In this document: piece by piece, positions 40,314-50,903 of the stretch
How the letters are laid out: each line of letters begins with the position of its first letter
Numbering within the stretch: the stretch's first letter is position 1
NCBI GenBank assembly: GCA_963662585.1
Contig: OY759729.1
Location: forward strand, 256,001 to 320,000
Length of the DNA: 64,000 nucleotides
Direction of reading: 5' to 3'
Origin: Candidatus Cloacimonadales bacterium
Lineage (GTDB): Bacteria > Cloacimonadota > Cloacimonadia > Cloacimonadales > JAFGVF01
Notes under the pieces: generated by a model
Database searches by the model: none
Seen by the model: the letters and a program-made list of their open reading frames with translations, nothing else
Told to the model about the DNA's origin: nothing
Program-made: the position numbers and the translations under genes

Positions 40314-42767
40314 TTAGTGCTTTATTGCTATATAATAGCCATATTCCAAAATATGATTTGAAGCAGTTTTACTTAGTAATTCTTGTGAATATTCCTTACA
40401 GTATTTACTTATATCTACTTTAAAGTCAGTATTATTAATAATAACAATTACTTTGGAGTTATTTGCAGGAATCCACCTTTCAAAAATAAGTAAGTGTTGA
40501 TTTTCTAAGAATTTGATCTTTCCATCAGTGAAATGCTTGTAGTTTTTCCTTAACTTTATTAAAGCCTTATAGAATCTCAAGAGCTCTACCCTATTGCTAT
40601 CGGATTCATAATCCCAGGGAAAAGGTCTGCGATTATCAGGGTCTTTATTACCATCAAGAAAAACTTCATCACCGTAATAGATGTGTGGAAGCCCGATATA
40701 GGTAAATTGGAAAATTAATGCTAGCTTTAATCTATCTAGATTGCTATCTACTAACTTGCGGATACGGACAGTATCATGTCCTCCTAGAAGGTTCATCTGA
40801 CTTTTAACCACATACTCAGGCAATGCTATTAAACCTGAAGATACCCTATTAATGAAGCTCTTCAGAGATATTTTCTTTTGGAAGAAATAGGCTACAGCAG
40901 GGTCTTTAAATGCTTGGTAATTCATAATTGCATCAAAATATTGACCTTGTAACCAATTGTCAGGGCTATTCCAAATTTCACCCACTATATAGATATCTGG
41001 ATTTACTTTCTTTAACATACTTCTAAATAGTTTCCAAAACCAAAATGGAACTTCTTCAGGCACATCTAACCTAAAGCCATCTATTTTGACAGTTTCTACC
41101 CAGTACTTCATCGCCTCTAAGAGATAATTTACTAATTCCACATTTACTTTTGCTTGTTGAATATCAGTTATCTGATTCTCTTCAGGTGATTGTCGCTTAA
41201 GGTCATAATTAAACTCTGGTAAATCCTTGATTCCCCACCAACACTGATAATACTCTTCAGCGTTAAAGTCTTTATCTAATTTAGAAGGTAAAGGCCATTT
41301 AGTCCAATCATACCAAGACCAATATGGGGATTTATCTCCCTTTTTTATGGTATCAGTAAAAGCAAAGAAATCAAATCCACAGTGGTTTAGAGCAATATCT
41401 ATTATTACTTTAATATCATTTTGGTGTAATTCTTCTACTAGGGACTGAAATGATTCATTAGTTCCCAGATGAGGATCAATACATTTAAAATCTATAGTGT
41501 CATAGCGATGAGGAGACTTAGCTTTGAAGATAGGATTAAAGTAAATTAAGGAGATTCCTAACTCTCTTAAATAGGGAATTTTGCTTTCTACCCCTGTTAA
41601 ATCACCTCCATAAAAAACAAACCAATCAGCTTCTTGATTCTCAGAATAGGGATTCTTAGTAAGAATATCTACTTCATTCCAGTCTGCCAAGTGATAATAC
41701 TCCTGATTACGAGTCAGGGACTCCTTTTTAGGTTTCTTCTTAGACTTATGATAGAACTTTTCGCTAAAATCAGGATTAAGGGCAGAATCGCCATTACAGA
41801 ATCTATCTGGCATTATCTGGTACATTATCCTATTTGAAATATCTTTATTGATTGAGAATATTTCATAATCATTAGGAAGAAATACTGAAGTTAATTCTTG
41901 ATTATTAGAAAGAGTATTTTGATTAGCCCAAAGCTCTATATTATTAAGCTTAAGAATTAATTTATAAGAGTAAATAAGGTCTGTATTATTTAATTCAATT
42001 ACTTTATTGAAGGAGCTATTTATCCCATTAGAAGCAACAAAATCCAATTCATAACTTTTATTATTAAGAGATAATTTAACTTGAATATTTTTGATGTCAG
42101 GTAGAATTGCTTTAAATTCAAATTCTTTTTCTGAATACCTATAAATCTTAATAATATCCTTCTTAAATTCAATCCTATTAGTATCATAGGAAGAAAGAAG
42201 ACTTTTAGCAATAGTAATATAGCTCTTTTGGCTTGTATCTAAAAGGGAATTTTTAGTCCTATTATCTAAAGCAACTTTATCCGTGCCAGCTTTAATTTCT
42301 TCTTCATTAAACCAGCGATTATCCTTGGCTAAGTATTTATATTGATATAAACCATTAGTAAGAAATAATGTCGTATTAAAGTACTCATCTTCTTGCTTTA
42401 AGCGATTATAATTTGGTTTCCACTTGTTAAAGTCTCCTACGATCGATATCTCTTCATAATTAAATCTATCTTTAATCTTGAAAGGAACTAAATAAAGGAA
42501 CTCTTCTGCAGGAGCTACTATTTTAAGGGAATATACAATATTATCAACTGTAATAGTTTCAGCATTGGGATCAAGAAATATCTTATTATTAACTAAAAAG
42601 TGATACTTATAACTTCCAGGAGCCAGTTGAACTGCTATTTCATAAAGCCCACCTAAATCTTCTAACTTAAGACTGGTTGGATTCCATGCGTTAAAATCTC
42701 CTACTAAATAAACATCCATATTACTGGCTATAGGAGGTTGATATCTGAATATTATTCTGTTTTTCAT
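40314..42767 (-). CDS. GH13 glycosidase (neopullulanase/cyclomaltodextrinase-like) with two N-terminal CBM48-type domains
   Basis: Two VGDFN.W modules; YQIMPDRF, GGDL.G, GFRLDV, VGEIW, GHDT catalytic motifs. Confidence 0.9.
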   Translation of the reverse strand: MKNRIIFRYQPPIASNMDVYLVGDFNAWNPTSLKLEDLGGLYEIAVQLAPGSYKYHFLVNNKIFLDPNAETITVDNIVYSLKIVAPAEEFLYLVPFKIKDRFNYEEISIVGDFNKWKPNYNRLKQEDEYFNTTLFLTNGLYQYKYLAKDNRWFNEEEIKAGTDKVALDNRTKNSLLDTSQKSYITIAKSLLSSYDTNRIEFKKDIIKIYRYSEKEFEFKAILPDIKNIQVKLSLNNKSYELDFVASNGINSSFNKVIELNNTDLIYSYKLILKLNNIELWANQNTLSNNQELTSVFLPNDYEIFSINKDISNRIMYQIMPDRFCNGDSALNPDFSEKFYHKSKKKPKKESLTRNQEYYHLADWNEVDILTKNPYSENQEADWFVFYGGDLTGVESKIPYLRELGISLIYFNPIFKAKSPHRYDTIDFKCIDPHLGTNESFQSLVEELHQNDIKVIIDIALNHCGFDFFAFTDTIKKGDKSPYWSWYDWTKWPLPSKLDKDFNAEEYYQCWWGIKDLPEFNYDLKRQSPEENQITDIQQAKVNVELVNYLLEAMKYWVETVKIDGFRLDVPEEVPFWFWKLFRSMLKKVNPDIYIVGEIWNSPDNWLQGQYFDAIMNYQAFKDPAVAYFFQKKISLKSFINRVSSGLIALPEYVVKSQMNLLGGHDTVRIRKLVDSNLDRLKLALIFQFTYIGLPHIYYGDEVFLDGNKDPDNRRPFPWDYESDSNRVELLRFYKALIKLRKNYKHFTDGKIKFLENQHLLIFERWIPANNSKVIVIINNTDFKVDISKYCKEYSQELLSKTASNHILEYGYYIAIKH

Positions 42768-42769
42768 AG

Positions 42770-45700
42770 TTAGAAGCTTATGCTGTGAAAGAGCATTATT
42801 TCGTGAGAGTTCTTACTACTAGGTCTATATTTGAATGTATAAGACATCTTAGTCTTAAAATCTATGTTAGTTCTTATTTGAAAGTCTTGGTCGTAAGTAA
42901 TTTTAGATTTCCTATTTAGGTTTGTTGTTTCTTGGAAGAAGCCTTCATAATTGAAGTACAATCTCTTATAGATTGGTCTGCCAAAATTCACTGTTAGATT
43001 ATTGAGTAATATTGAACTGCTAAATTGAGCCAATTCAGATTCAGAAACATCTTGAGATAGATCTGATTGAATTTGATTATTTTGATTATTCAGCACATAG
43101 TTATTTACCATATTCTTTACAAATCCTGGTTCTATGTAGAAGTAATCGAGTTTCAATCTCCTACGGAAGAAAGTCTCCACTGGTCTTAAAACACCGCTAA
43201 AGAAAGTATTATCAACGTTTGAGCCTAGCATCAAGATAGTTTCATCTTGCAAAGCATTTTGATTCTCCTGTTCTATATCGTAATTACTATCAGAAATTCT
43301 TAATCTATTTATTGCTTGAGATTGAGTTTTATCATTAGGATTATCACTTGCTAAAGTGAGCACTAAGTTACTGAGTCCTGCATTATTACCCTGTTCATTG
43401 GAGACTCTTAAGGTTACTGTAGAACCATCTTGCACTCTTTTAACAAATGTTCCATTGATTGACAGGTCGATTTCGTTTATCATAATTTCGACCAAATCAA
43501 CATTAAAATCTGTATCCAAGAAAGTAACGGTACCTTCCTCTGCAAGAAACTTAGCATCAGGTACAGTCCACTCATTATTGTTATATTCCAGAATTAGATA
43601 ACTATTTGGAGTAACTGTTATATCAGTAGGATATGTTACATATTTTGTATTTTCACCGACTATTAATTTCGCATCTAACTCAAAAGGAAGTGCATTACTA
43701 GACTCTTTATCCTTATCAGCTTCTTTTTCTTTTTTGGCAAAAGTACTTTTCGATGCTGAGGTAATAATCGAAAGAAGATTCTCAGTTTGAGGTGGGTAGA
43801 TTATTGAGGCATTAGAAACAGTTACTTCTGCATCAATTTTCATATCATCAAAAGGACCTTTCACTGAGGCATAGTTATTATATCTTCCCGCAATTTTGAT
43901 TAAAGCTGTCTCTCCCTTTGGCATATATTGAGGAATATGAGCAATAAGTCCCTTTTGAGAAGTAAAAATTCTTAATTGACCTAAGATAAGATTGCCGACG
44001 AAGAAGTTATCATTATCTTCAGAAATGAAATTAGCTACTCTAAGATAACCATCACCTAAGTTAAGTTCACACTTCTGTAAGTCAAGCTGATTATCCTTCA
44101 TCATAGCAGTTAAATTAATTTTATTAATTCTCTCAGGCTGATCTAACATTTTTAAATAGCCATCTTCCATGATAAGATATCCTTCATAAACCTGTAATCC
44201 CTCTTCATCTATCCCGAGAATAAGTTCACTTCTTAAGTTTAAACTTCCTTCTTCAAAAAGGTCAGGGGAAATCTTATTAAGAAGCTGATAAGCATTAGCA
44301 TCCAATTTAACATACAATCTTTCATCTGAAGGAATAAACTCATTCTTAAAAAGATCGTAGGAGAAATCTCCTATAATATTCATATCTGCATAATTAACTG
44401 AATTTAAATAAAGGTTATCAACATGAATCTTCTGACTAGTATAAAGAAGATTAAAATAGACATCGTTAATATCAAAATCTGCTACTTTAAAATCAGAGCC
44501 TACACCTTTGAGCCTTATACTATATTTCTCTTCTTCTTTTGAATCATAACGAAAGCTCATATCAGCTTTAACAAATCCTTTTAAAGGAATAATATTTTGA
44601 TAGTCAGTAAAATCAATTTCATTGATTACAGCATTAACATTAGCCCTTAAACCATCAGTAGTTTCCATAGAACCAGAAGCTGAAACAAGAACTTGTCTTT
44701 CATTATAGACAAGCAATTCAGTTAAGAGTATCCTATCTAAGCTACCTTCAAAATGACCTTCTAATCCATAACCAGCAAATCCAGCTATTTCGATTCCTGT
44801 GAATAAAAGATCTCCTGTTATAAAAGCTGAAGTCCATTTATAATCGACATTAAGGGTTACAAATCCTTCTGGGTAATTCTCTGTATAGTCTTTAGGAAGA
44901 TATTTTTTTAGGTCACTTGCTGCAAGTTGATTGATTTCCAGTCTAAGCTTTCTCTCTTCATTTAGTAAATTCTTGCCTCTAATGACTATATCTTTATTTA
45001 TTTCGAGATATGCATCTACTTTATTAAATTCGTTAATAGTAATTTCACCTAGGGCATTCGTTTTTTTATTAAATACTTTTCCATTAATGATATCATTAGA
45101 AATAGTCATTGTATTTGAAGCAAGATCCCAATTGAAATCAGTTTTTAGGGGAAGATAGATCTGATCCTCAAAAGCTGTAATTTCTAAATTCACACCTGCA
45201 TTTAAGTCTTCCTCTTCTTTAGTTATTGCTATCGAACCATTAACAAGAGGATTTAGATTTTGAAACATTTCATTGCTAAGAGCGGTGAAGGCATCCTTAG
45301 CATGAAAATCAAGGAATCTTAAGGTTGCTGTGGAATTGGTAAAAGCTAGGTTGGTGTTTAAATTAAGATTAATACTTTCATTAGCTAATTCACCTCTTAG
45401 CATATCTTTATCAAGATAGACAAGCCCGGATATGGGTGGTAATAACAATTGGTTATAACCGAGAGTAAAATCACTTACTTTCAGTCTAAAATAAGAATCT
45501 CCGTCTAGTATGATACCTTTTGTTAGAAGATTTCCTTGTAGGGTAATGGCACTATCCTCTTTGTTTTTAATCAAGAGATCGGCAGATATAAAGTTTTTAT
45601 GTAGTATTCCACTTCCAGAAAGGGTATTTCTATCTAATTCGGCATTTAGCAGGTTAATTTCAAATTGGTCTTGATAATCTAGTGTTGCTTCAATGTTTGT

Positions 45701-46846
45701 TATAGCTAATGAGTTAAAATCTAGAGAATCAGTATCGACTAAACCTGTTATATGTAGATTAGAGGCATATCCTGAGACATCAACTGTAGCATCAACAATA
45801 CCTTGCATAAAAGTAAATGTTTCCCCGATTTGATGATTTAGGATATTTGCTTGTGCTTCAATTTCAAGTTTATCAAAGAGATTAATCAAATTACCTTCAA
45901 CTTGTACAGGCACTCCCATAAAAGAAGTTGCTCCAGGTAAAATAGCTAAATCTTTACTATCTCCAAGGATTCTAAGATTATTTATTGCTAGAGGCATATC
46001 AAACAAGTTTGATTTAGCAGTTTTACTCTCTAAGTCTAAAGCAAGATATAGTCCATCTTCCCCAGCAAAATCTAAAGTAGCTTCTCCCTGCAAGGCTACA
46101 TCTATATTTTCTGCAACAGGGACATAAAGGGAATCTGGATTATAACCATTAATTTTTAAACCTATGGAGTTTAATCCTGTTTCATCTAGCTTTAAATAAA
46201 CTTGAACAGGATTATCCCGATTATCATACATATCTGCTATGAGACTTTTTTCTCTTTTATTATCAAAGCTTAAATCAGCTTTAGAAAAAGTATCATGAAT
46301 TCCAAAATATTCACTATAGGTAACATCAGCAGTTAGTTTGGCATTATTTATAGTAACTTTTCTGAGATAATTATTTATATCGAAAGAACTCTCTTCATGA
46401 CTTTCTGATTTTGCTTTATTCTTTCTTTTGGGAGTGGAATCTTCTTCCCCAAATTTTTGTTTATAACCTAGGGTAGGAGACTCAATATATACAGAATCTA
46501 TAACTTCTTTGAACCAGATTCTAGTATTAAAGAGTGAAGCATAATTTAAATCAATATCTAATTGAGAAGTTTTTAAGTAATAATAGAGTTCTTTAGTAGA
46601 TTCAACTTCTAAATCCTCAAAGTAGATTCCATTTTTATTAATATCAAAAGAAGATAAAGAAATCTCTGCACCAACTATTTTACCTAATTGATTTTCTAAG
46701 AGATACTTAACTATATCATTCCTATTCCATATTAGGAAAGAAAAGAATATAATAATAGCGAGTAAGAAAAGTACCAGCCTTTGTCTATGTCTTTTCCTTC
46801 TCTTTATTTTTTTTAGTTTTTTGAGTTCTACTTTGCTAAGAGTCAT
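42770..46846 (-). CDS. Large AsmA/TamB-like envelope protein
   Basis: Basic N-terminus with a single TM anchor, then about 1300 aa of repetitive beta-strand-like sequence; follows lolC/lolD. Confidence 0.6.
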   Translation of the reverse strand: MTLSKVELKKLKKIKRRKRHRQRLVLFLLAIIIFFSFLIWNRNDIVKYLLENQLGKIVGAEISLSSFDINKNGIYFEDLEVESTKELYYYLKTSQLDIDLNYASLFNTRIWFKEVIDSVYIESPTLGYKQKFGEEDSTPKRKNKAKSESHEESSFDINNYLRKVTINNAKLTADVTYSEYFGIHDTFSKADLSFDNKREKSLIADMYDNRDNPVQVYLKLDETGLNSIGLKINGYNPDSLYVPVAENIDVALQGEATLDFAGEDGLYLALDLESKTAKSNLFDMPLAINNLRILGDSKDLAILPGATSFMGVPVQVEGNLINLFDKLEIEAQANILNHQIGETFTFMQGIVDATVDVSGYASNLHITGLVDTDSLDFNSLAITNIEATLDYQDQFEINLLNAELDRNTLSGSGILHKNFISADLLIKNKEDSAITLQGNLLTKGIILDGDSYFRLKVSDFTLGYNQLLLPPISGLVYLDKDMLRGELANESINLNLNTNLAFTNSTATLRFLDFHAKDAFTALSNEMFQNLNPLVNGSIAITKEEEDLNAGVNLEITAFEDQIYLPLKTDFNWDLASNTMTISNDIINGKVFNKKTNALGEITINEFNKVDAYLEINKDIVIRGKNLLNEERKLRLEINQLAASDLKKYLPKDYTENYPEGFVTLNVDYKWTSAFITGDLLFTGIEIAGFAGYGLEGHFEGSLDRILLTELLVYNERQVLVSASGSMETTDGLRANVNAVINEIDFTDYQNIIPLKGFVKADMSFRYDSKEEEKYSIRLKGVGSDFKVADFDINDVYFNLLYTSQKIHVDNLYLNSVNYADMNIIGDFSYDLFKNEFIPSDERLYVKLDANAYQLLNKISPDLFEEGSLNLRSELILGIDEEGLQVYEGYLIMEDGYLKMLDQPERINKINLTAMMKDNQLDLQKCELNLGDGYLRVANFISEDNDNFFVGNLILGQLRIFTSQKGLIAHIPQYMPKGETALIKIAGRYNNYASVKGPFDDMKIDAEVTVSNASIIYPPQTENLLSIITSASKSTFAKKEKEADKDKESSNALPFELDAKLIVGENTKYVTYPTDITVTPNSYLILEYNNNEWTVPDAKFLAEEGTVTFLDTDFNVDLVEIMINEIDLSINGTFVKRVQDGSTVTLRVSNEQGNNAGLSNLVLTLASDNPNDKTQSQAINRLRISDSNYDIEQENQNALQDETILMLGSNVDNTFFSGVLRPVETFFRRRLKLDYFYIEPGFVKNMVNNYVLNNQNNQIQSDLSQDVSESELAQFSSSILLNNLTVNFGRPIYKRLYFNYEGFFQETTNLNRKSKITYDQDFQIRTNIDFKTKMSYTFKYRPSSKNSHEIMLFHSISF

Positions 46847-47508
46847 AGCAGAGTTAATTTACCATCTTTAATTGTATAGTGGGTGTCATTTTCAGCAACT
46901 AGACTTAGGTCGTGAGTCACAAAAATTATAGTTAATCCCTCTTGGTTTAATTTCCGCAATATATCCATAACAATTTTAGTAGTTTCGTCATCTAGATTAC
47001 CAGAAGGTTCATCAGCAATTAGTATTTTTGGTTTAGTAACAATAGCTCTGGCTATGGCAATTCTCTGCTCTTCCCCACCACTCAATTGATTAGGAAAATG
47101 ATTAATCCGATCCTCTAAACCTAGTGTTTTCAGAATATCTTTAGCTATTTTGCCTGCTTCTTTCTTTTTATAACCTTGAACAAGTAGGGGGATTATTACA
47201 TTCTCTAAAGCAGTAAAATCCTCTAATAAGTAGTGAAACTGAAAGATAAAGCCAATATTCTTATTTCTAAACAATTCCATATTAGTTATTTTATTTCTAA
47301 CTTGTCCTGCGAGAATAATTTCACCTGAATCTGGAGAGTCCAATAAGCCGATAAGATGCAACAGAGTACTTTTGCCACAGCCTGAAGCACCTGTTATTGC
47401 AACAAATTCCCCTTCTTTAACAGATAAGTTTATATCTTTCAAGACACTAAGTTTCTTGCTTGCATCAAGATAGCTTTTACTAAGGCTATTTAATTTTATA
47501 ATTTCCAT
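46843..47508 (-). CDS. lolD: ABC transporter ATP-binding protein, LolD-like
   Basis: GASGCGKST, GFIFQFHYLL, LSGGE.QR, ADEPSGNLD, VTHD. Confidence 0.85.
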   Translation of the reverse strand: MEIIKLNSLSKSYLDASKKLSVLKDINLSVKEGEFVAITGASGCGKSTLLHLIGLLDSPDSGEIILAGQVRNKITNMELFRNKNIGFIFQFHYLLEDFTALENVIIPLLVQGYKKKEAGKIAKDILKTLGLEDRINHFPNQLSGGEEQRIAIARAIVTKPKILIADEPSGNLDDETTKIVMDILRKLNQEGLTIIFVTHDLSLVAENDTHYTIKDGKLTLL

Positions 47509-47509
47509 A

Positions 47510-48739
47510 TTATTGTCTCATTATTTTTATAATTTCTAATTTGTTAATACTTCTCAAAGTGAAGAGAATGGTCATAGCTATGATTACTACTGTTGTAGCA
47601 TAGATAATTATAAACATTGATATTGAGGGATGAATCATAATCTTATCAATAAAATAGATATCTCCCTTAAGGCTTATATAATCTTGATGAGTCAGCCAAT
47701 AAGCAGAAGCATAGCCACCAAGTAAGCCCAAGATAATCCCTAAATGAGCAAGTAACAGAGAAAAGACAAAGTAGATTAATTTAATTTCCCTTCTCTTTAA
47801 ACCTAAGGTCATTAATATTCCAATTTCATTGATTTTCTCGTTTATTATCGTACTTACGGTACTGATAACATTGAAGCCTGCTACAATGATTATTATGCAT
47901 AGAATCAAGAATATCATAATTTTTTGTAAAGATAGAGCAGAAAAGATCATGGAATTATTTGAAAATAGGTCTATTGCATACATTGAAGGTAAGCTCATCA
48001 TCAATTGATAATTAATTTTACTAGTAATCAAGTTGCTATTATCATTTTTACGATTATTCAAGAGAATCGAATAACTGCTAGCAGAATTTTTATTTCCTGT
48101 AATCTTTTTTATTGTATCTTTACTTAGTATTGCCCTAGATGCGTCTATTTCATACAAACCTGTTTTATAAATCTCTTTAACAAGAAACTTTTCACTTTTC
48201 TTGACTAAACCAAAGAGAGAATATCTTATTGAAGAAGGTAAAATCACTTCTACTTTCTCTCCCACCTCTACTTGCAGTTCCTTAGCTAAATATTCTCCTA
48301 GAATAATTTCATTAGCCCCCAGATGAAAATCAGCTTGCTTTGAAAAGGAATATAAATATTTATTATAATCCTTATTTCCATCAGAATAAGATTCTATAAA
48401 GGCAGGTTTATTAAATTCTTTATTACTAATTATTACTGAAATCTGATATTTCCCATCAAGGGCTTTAATATCAGATTCATAATCATCAAGTATTTTTCTT
48501 AAAGTGCTTTCTTGATACTCACTTATTTCCTCTCCATTATTAATAATTGAGATATCAGGTTGAGAAACCTTAAAAGCATTACTTAATGTCTCTTCATAGC
48601 TTTCAAATAGAATCATTGCCAAGGTTAGAGCTCCTACGGCAATGACAATCCCTAAAATCATAAAAATGGAGTTTTTCCCCCAAGATGATTTTTTGATTCT
48701 CCTTAAACTTGATAAATATAAAGATAATAATCCTTTCAC
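47510..48739 (-). CDS. ABC transporter permease, LolC/E family
   Basis: FtsX-type topology, VAGFNVIST, EKINEIGIL, IYFID; adjacent to lolD. Confidence 0.82.
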   Translation of the reverse strand: MKGLLSLYLSSLRRIKKSSWGKNSIFMILGIVIAVGALTLAMILFESYEETLSNAFKVSQPDISIINNGEEISEYQESTLRKILDDYESDIKALDGKYQISVIISNKEFNKPAFIESYSDGNKDYNKYLYSFSKQADFHLGANEIILGEYLAKELQVEVGEKVEVILPSSIRYSLFGLVKKSEKFLVKEIYKTGLYEIDASRAILSKDTIKKITGNKNSASSYSILLNNRKNDNSNLITSKINYQLMMSLPSMYAIDLFSNNSMIFSALSLQKIMIFLILCIIIIVAGFNVISTVSTIINEKINEIGILMTLGLKRREIKLIYFVFSLLLAHLGIILGLLGGYASAYWLTHQDYISLKGDIYFIDKIMIHPSISMFIIIYATTVVIIAMTILFTLRSINKLEIIKIMRQ

Positions 48740-49236
48740 TAATTCTCTCTTTCGTTAGGAGCAGGCAATTCTATTATTATCTTTTCTGGCTTAGCCTCTT
48801 CAACTTTTGATTCCTTCATTTCGCTATGAGCTTTAAAAATTGAGAAATCATTCTTTTTCACCATATCAACAACATAAAATATTAAGAAGATAGTAATAGT
48901 GATTAAGACTATCGCATAGATAATGTTTGCTGAGATTAAGAATTTTCTCTCTTCCTTATATTCTAAAGATTTAAAGTTATCAACCTTGTATTCAGGATAC
49001 TTATTATCTATAATCGAAATAATTTTTGCTTGGTTTAGGTTGAGTTTTCTTACTATTGTGTAAGCATAACTTTTCACAACTCCAAATCCGCCCAAAGCTT
49101 CAATCTTGTCATCTTCTAACAATTCAATATGCTCTTTTTTGATCATAGTGATTTTTTCTAATTCTTCAATTGATAGACTATTCTCTTCTCTAATACTTCT
49201 GATATATTGTCCGATACTATCCATATTCAACTCCAT
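48739..49236 (-). CDS. RodZ-like HTH membrane protein
   Basis: IGQYIRSIRE...SIEELEKITMI...IELLE HTH followed by a TM helix. Confidence 0.7.
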   Translation of the reverse strand: MELNMDSIGQYIRSIREENSLSIEELEKITMIKKEHIELLEDDKIEALGGFGVVKSYAYTIVRKLNLNQAKIISIIDNKYPEYKVDNFKSLEYKEERKFLISANIIYAIVLITITIFLIFYVVDMVKKNDFSIFKAHSEMKESKVEEAKPEKIIIELPAPNEREN

Positions 49237-50015
49237 TGGAAGGAACCTTCACAAATATATGAAACTTTACCTTCTAAAATTACATTGTTCTTTTCTAGGG
49301 ATACTTTAACAAGTCCCCCATCTAATTTTATATTTACACTTTTATCGACTAAACCATTTTGATAAGAATCCCAAAATAATGCACTTGCTCCACTACCGCA
49401 AGCATAGGTCAATCCACTTCCGCGTTCAAAAACTATAGCTTCAATATTTCTTTTATCTATAATTTTTATTAATTCAATATTGATTCCATCAGGGAAATCT
49501 TTGCTATTTTGCTTTTCTTCAGCTAACTTTAAAAATACATCTCGAGAAATATTTAAACTCTCATTATTAACTACTAAATGCTGATTTCCAATATCAATAA
49601 CATTTCCAGATAAAGTTGCAGATGTATAATTATTGATTAAGCTAGGAATTCCCATATTAACTTTTACATTATGAGTAAGTTCATCTACTTGTGCGAATTT
49701 AATTCCACTTAGGGTATTGATGGATATAGGCTGTTTTACTCCCTCTTGAGCCAAGAGAAAAGCAAGGCAACGAAGGGCATTACCACACATCTTTGCTTCA
49801 GAACCATCATTATTGAAAATTCGCATTAAACAAAGTGCATCTTCATCGTCTTCCATTACAACTAGTCCATCTGAACCAATCCCAAAACGAACATCGCTTA
49901 TATCTTTACTCAAAGCACTAAAATCTAGTTCAGAATACCTAAAATCTCTGTTGTCTATATAGATATAATTATTGCCTTGAGCAGTCATTTTTATAAAATT
50001 AATTTTCTTATTCAT
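49227..50015 (-). CDS. dapF: Diaminopimelate epimerase
   Basis: GNNY, FGIGSDG, N.DGSEA.MCGN, ERG.G.T.ACGSG (both catalytic Cys present). Confidence 0.95.
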   Translation of the reverse strand: MNKKINFIKMTAQGNNYIYIDNRDFRYSELDFSALSKDISDVRFGIGSDGLVVMEDDEDALCLMRIFNNDGSEAKMCGNALRCLAFLLAQEGVKQPISINTLSGIKFAQVDELTHNVKVNMGIPSLINNYTSATLSGNVIDIGNQHLVVNNESLNISRDVFLKLAEEKQNSKDFPDGINIELIKIIDKRNIEAIVFERGSGLTYACGSGASALFWDSYQNGLVDKSVNIKLDGGLVKVSLEKNNVILEGKVSYICEGSFQWS

Positions 50016-50721
50016 TTATTTCAAAAATTTCCTTAAAGTAATCGCTAAAGTTAAAGAATCCTGTCTTACCTGTAATCCATTCAGCTGATTTTACAGCTCC
50101 AGAAACAAAAGTGCTTCTCTCTCTTGCTAAATGTTTCAACTCTATAAAATCAAATTCCCCATCATAACCTACTAAGTGAGTGCCAGGTTTTTTACCTGCC
50201 CTAATAGATTCAAATTCAAAATCTGCAGAAATATTACTCTGATTATCTTTTATGAGAGAAGTAATATATTTTGCTGTTCCCGAAGGTCTATCTTTCTTTT
50301 CATTATGATGTTCCTCCATTGCATACAAATCATAATTAGGAATTTGAGCCATCATCTTGGAAAGATAATTTATAGCCTGAAAGAAGAGATTCATACCTAT
50401 GGAAAAATTCGCCCCATAGATTATTCCTACTCTATTATCTTCTGCTATTTTCTTAACTTGCTCAATTTTGTCATACCAACCTGAAGTACCAATCACAACA
50501 CTAAGACCACATTTTGCTAAGGCCTCAACTCTCTCTAAGACACCCTCAGGTTGTGTAAATTCTAAAGCGACTTCAGCTCCATTAAGATTAATTTTATCTA
50601 TATTTTTTTCATATTCTGAATTATTACTATCTATTATACTCACTACTTCATAACCACTTTTTTGGCATAAAGAGTGCACTAGTTTTCCCATTTTTCCGTA
50701 TCCAATCAAAGCTATTTTCAT
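50008..50721 (-). CDS. dapB: 4-hydroxy-tetrahydrodipicolinate reductase
   Basis: GYGKMG, GTSGW, NFSIG, EEHH.EKKD.PSGTA; start MKIALIG with upstream AGAGGT. Confidence 0.93.
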   Translation of the reverse strand: MKIALIGYGKMGKLVHSLCQKSGYEVVSIIDSNNSEYEKNIDKINLNGAEVALEFTQPEGVLERVEALAKCGLSVVIGTSGWYDKIEQVKKIAEDNRVGIIYGANFSIGMNLFFQAINYLSKMMAQIPNYDLYAMEEHHNEKKDRPSGTAKYITSLIKDNQSNISADFEFESIRAGKKPGTHLVGYDGEFDFIELKHLARERSTFVSGAVKSAEWITGKTGFFNFSDYFKEIFEINE

Positions 50722-50740
50722 TATAATACCTCTTTTTATC

Positions 50741-50769
50741 ATAATAAATATGCTTTAATTTTTTGTCAA
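50741..50769 (-). promoter_or_regulatory. Putative sigma70 promoter for the dapB operon
   Basis: Minus strand TTGACA-17 nt-TATTAT. Confidence 0.55.
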
Positions 50770-50838
50770 TTAGATATTTCAACTTACTTCAACTCCTTTT
50801 TTTTATGGTAATTACGATAATGATATTGAACAAATTAA

Positions 50839-50867
50839 TTGACATAATTTCAACTGCGATTTAATTT
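50839..50867 (+). promoter_or_regulatory. Putative sigma70 promoter for the DUF1015 gene
   Basis: TTGACA-17 nt-TAATTT, then AAGGAG RBS. Confidence 0.5.
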
Positions 50868-50903
50868 GCTAAAAATATAAATTAATTTATTTAAGGAGTT
50901 ATT

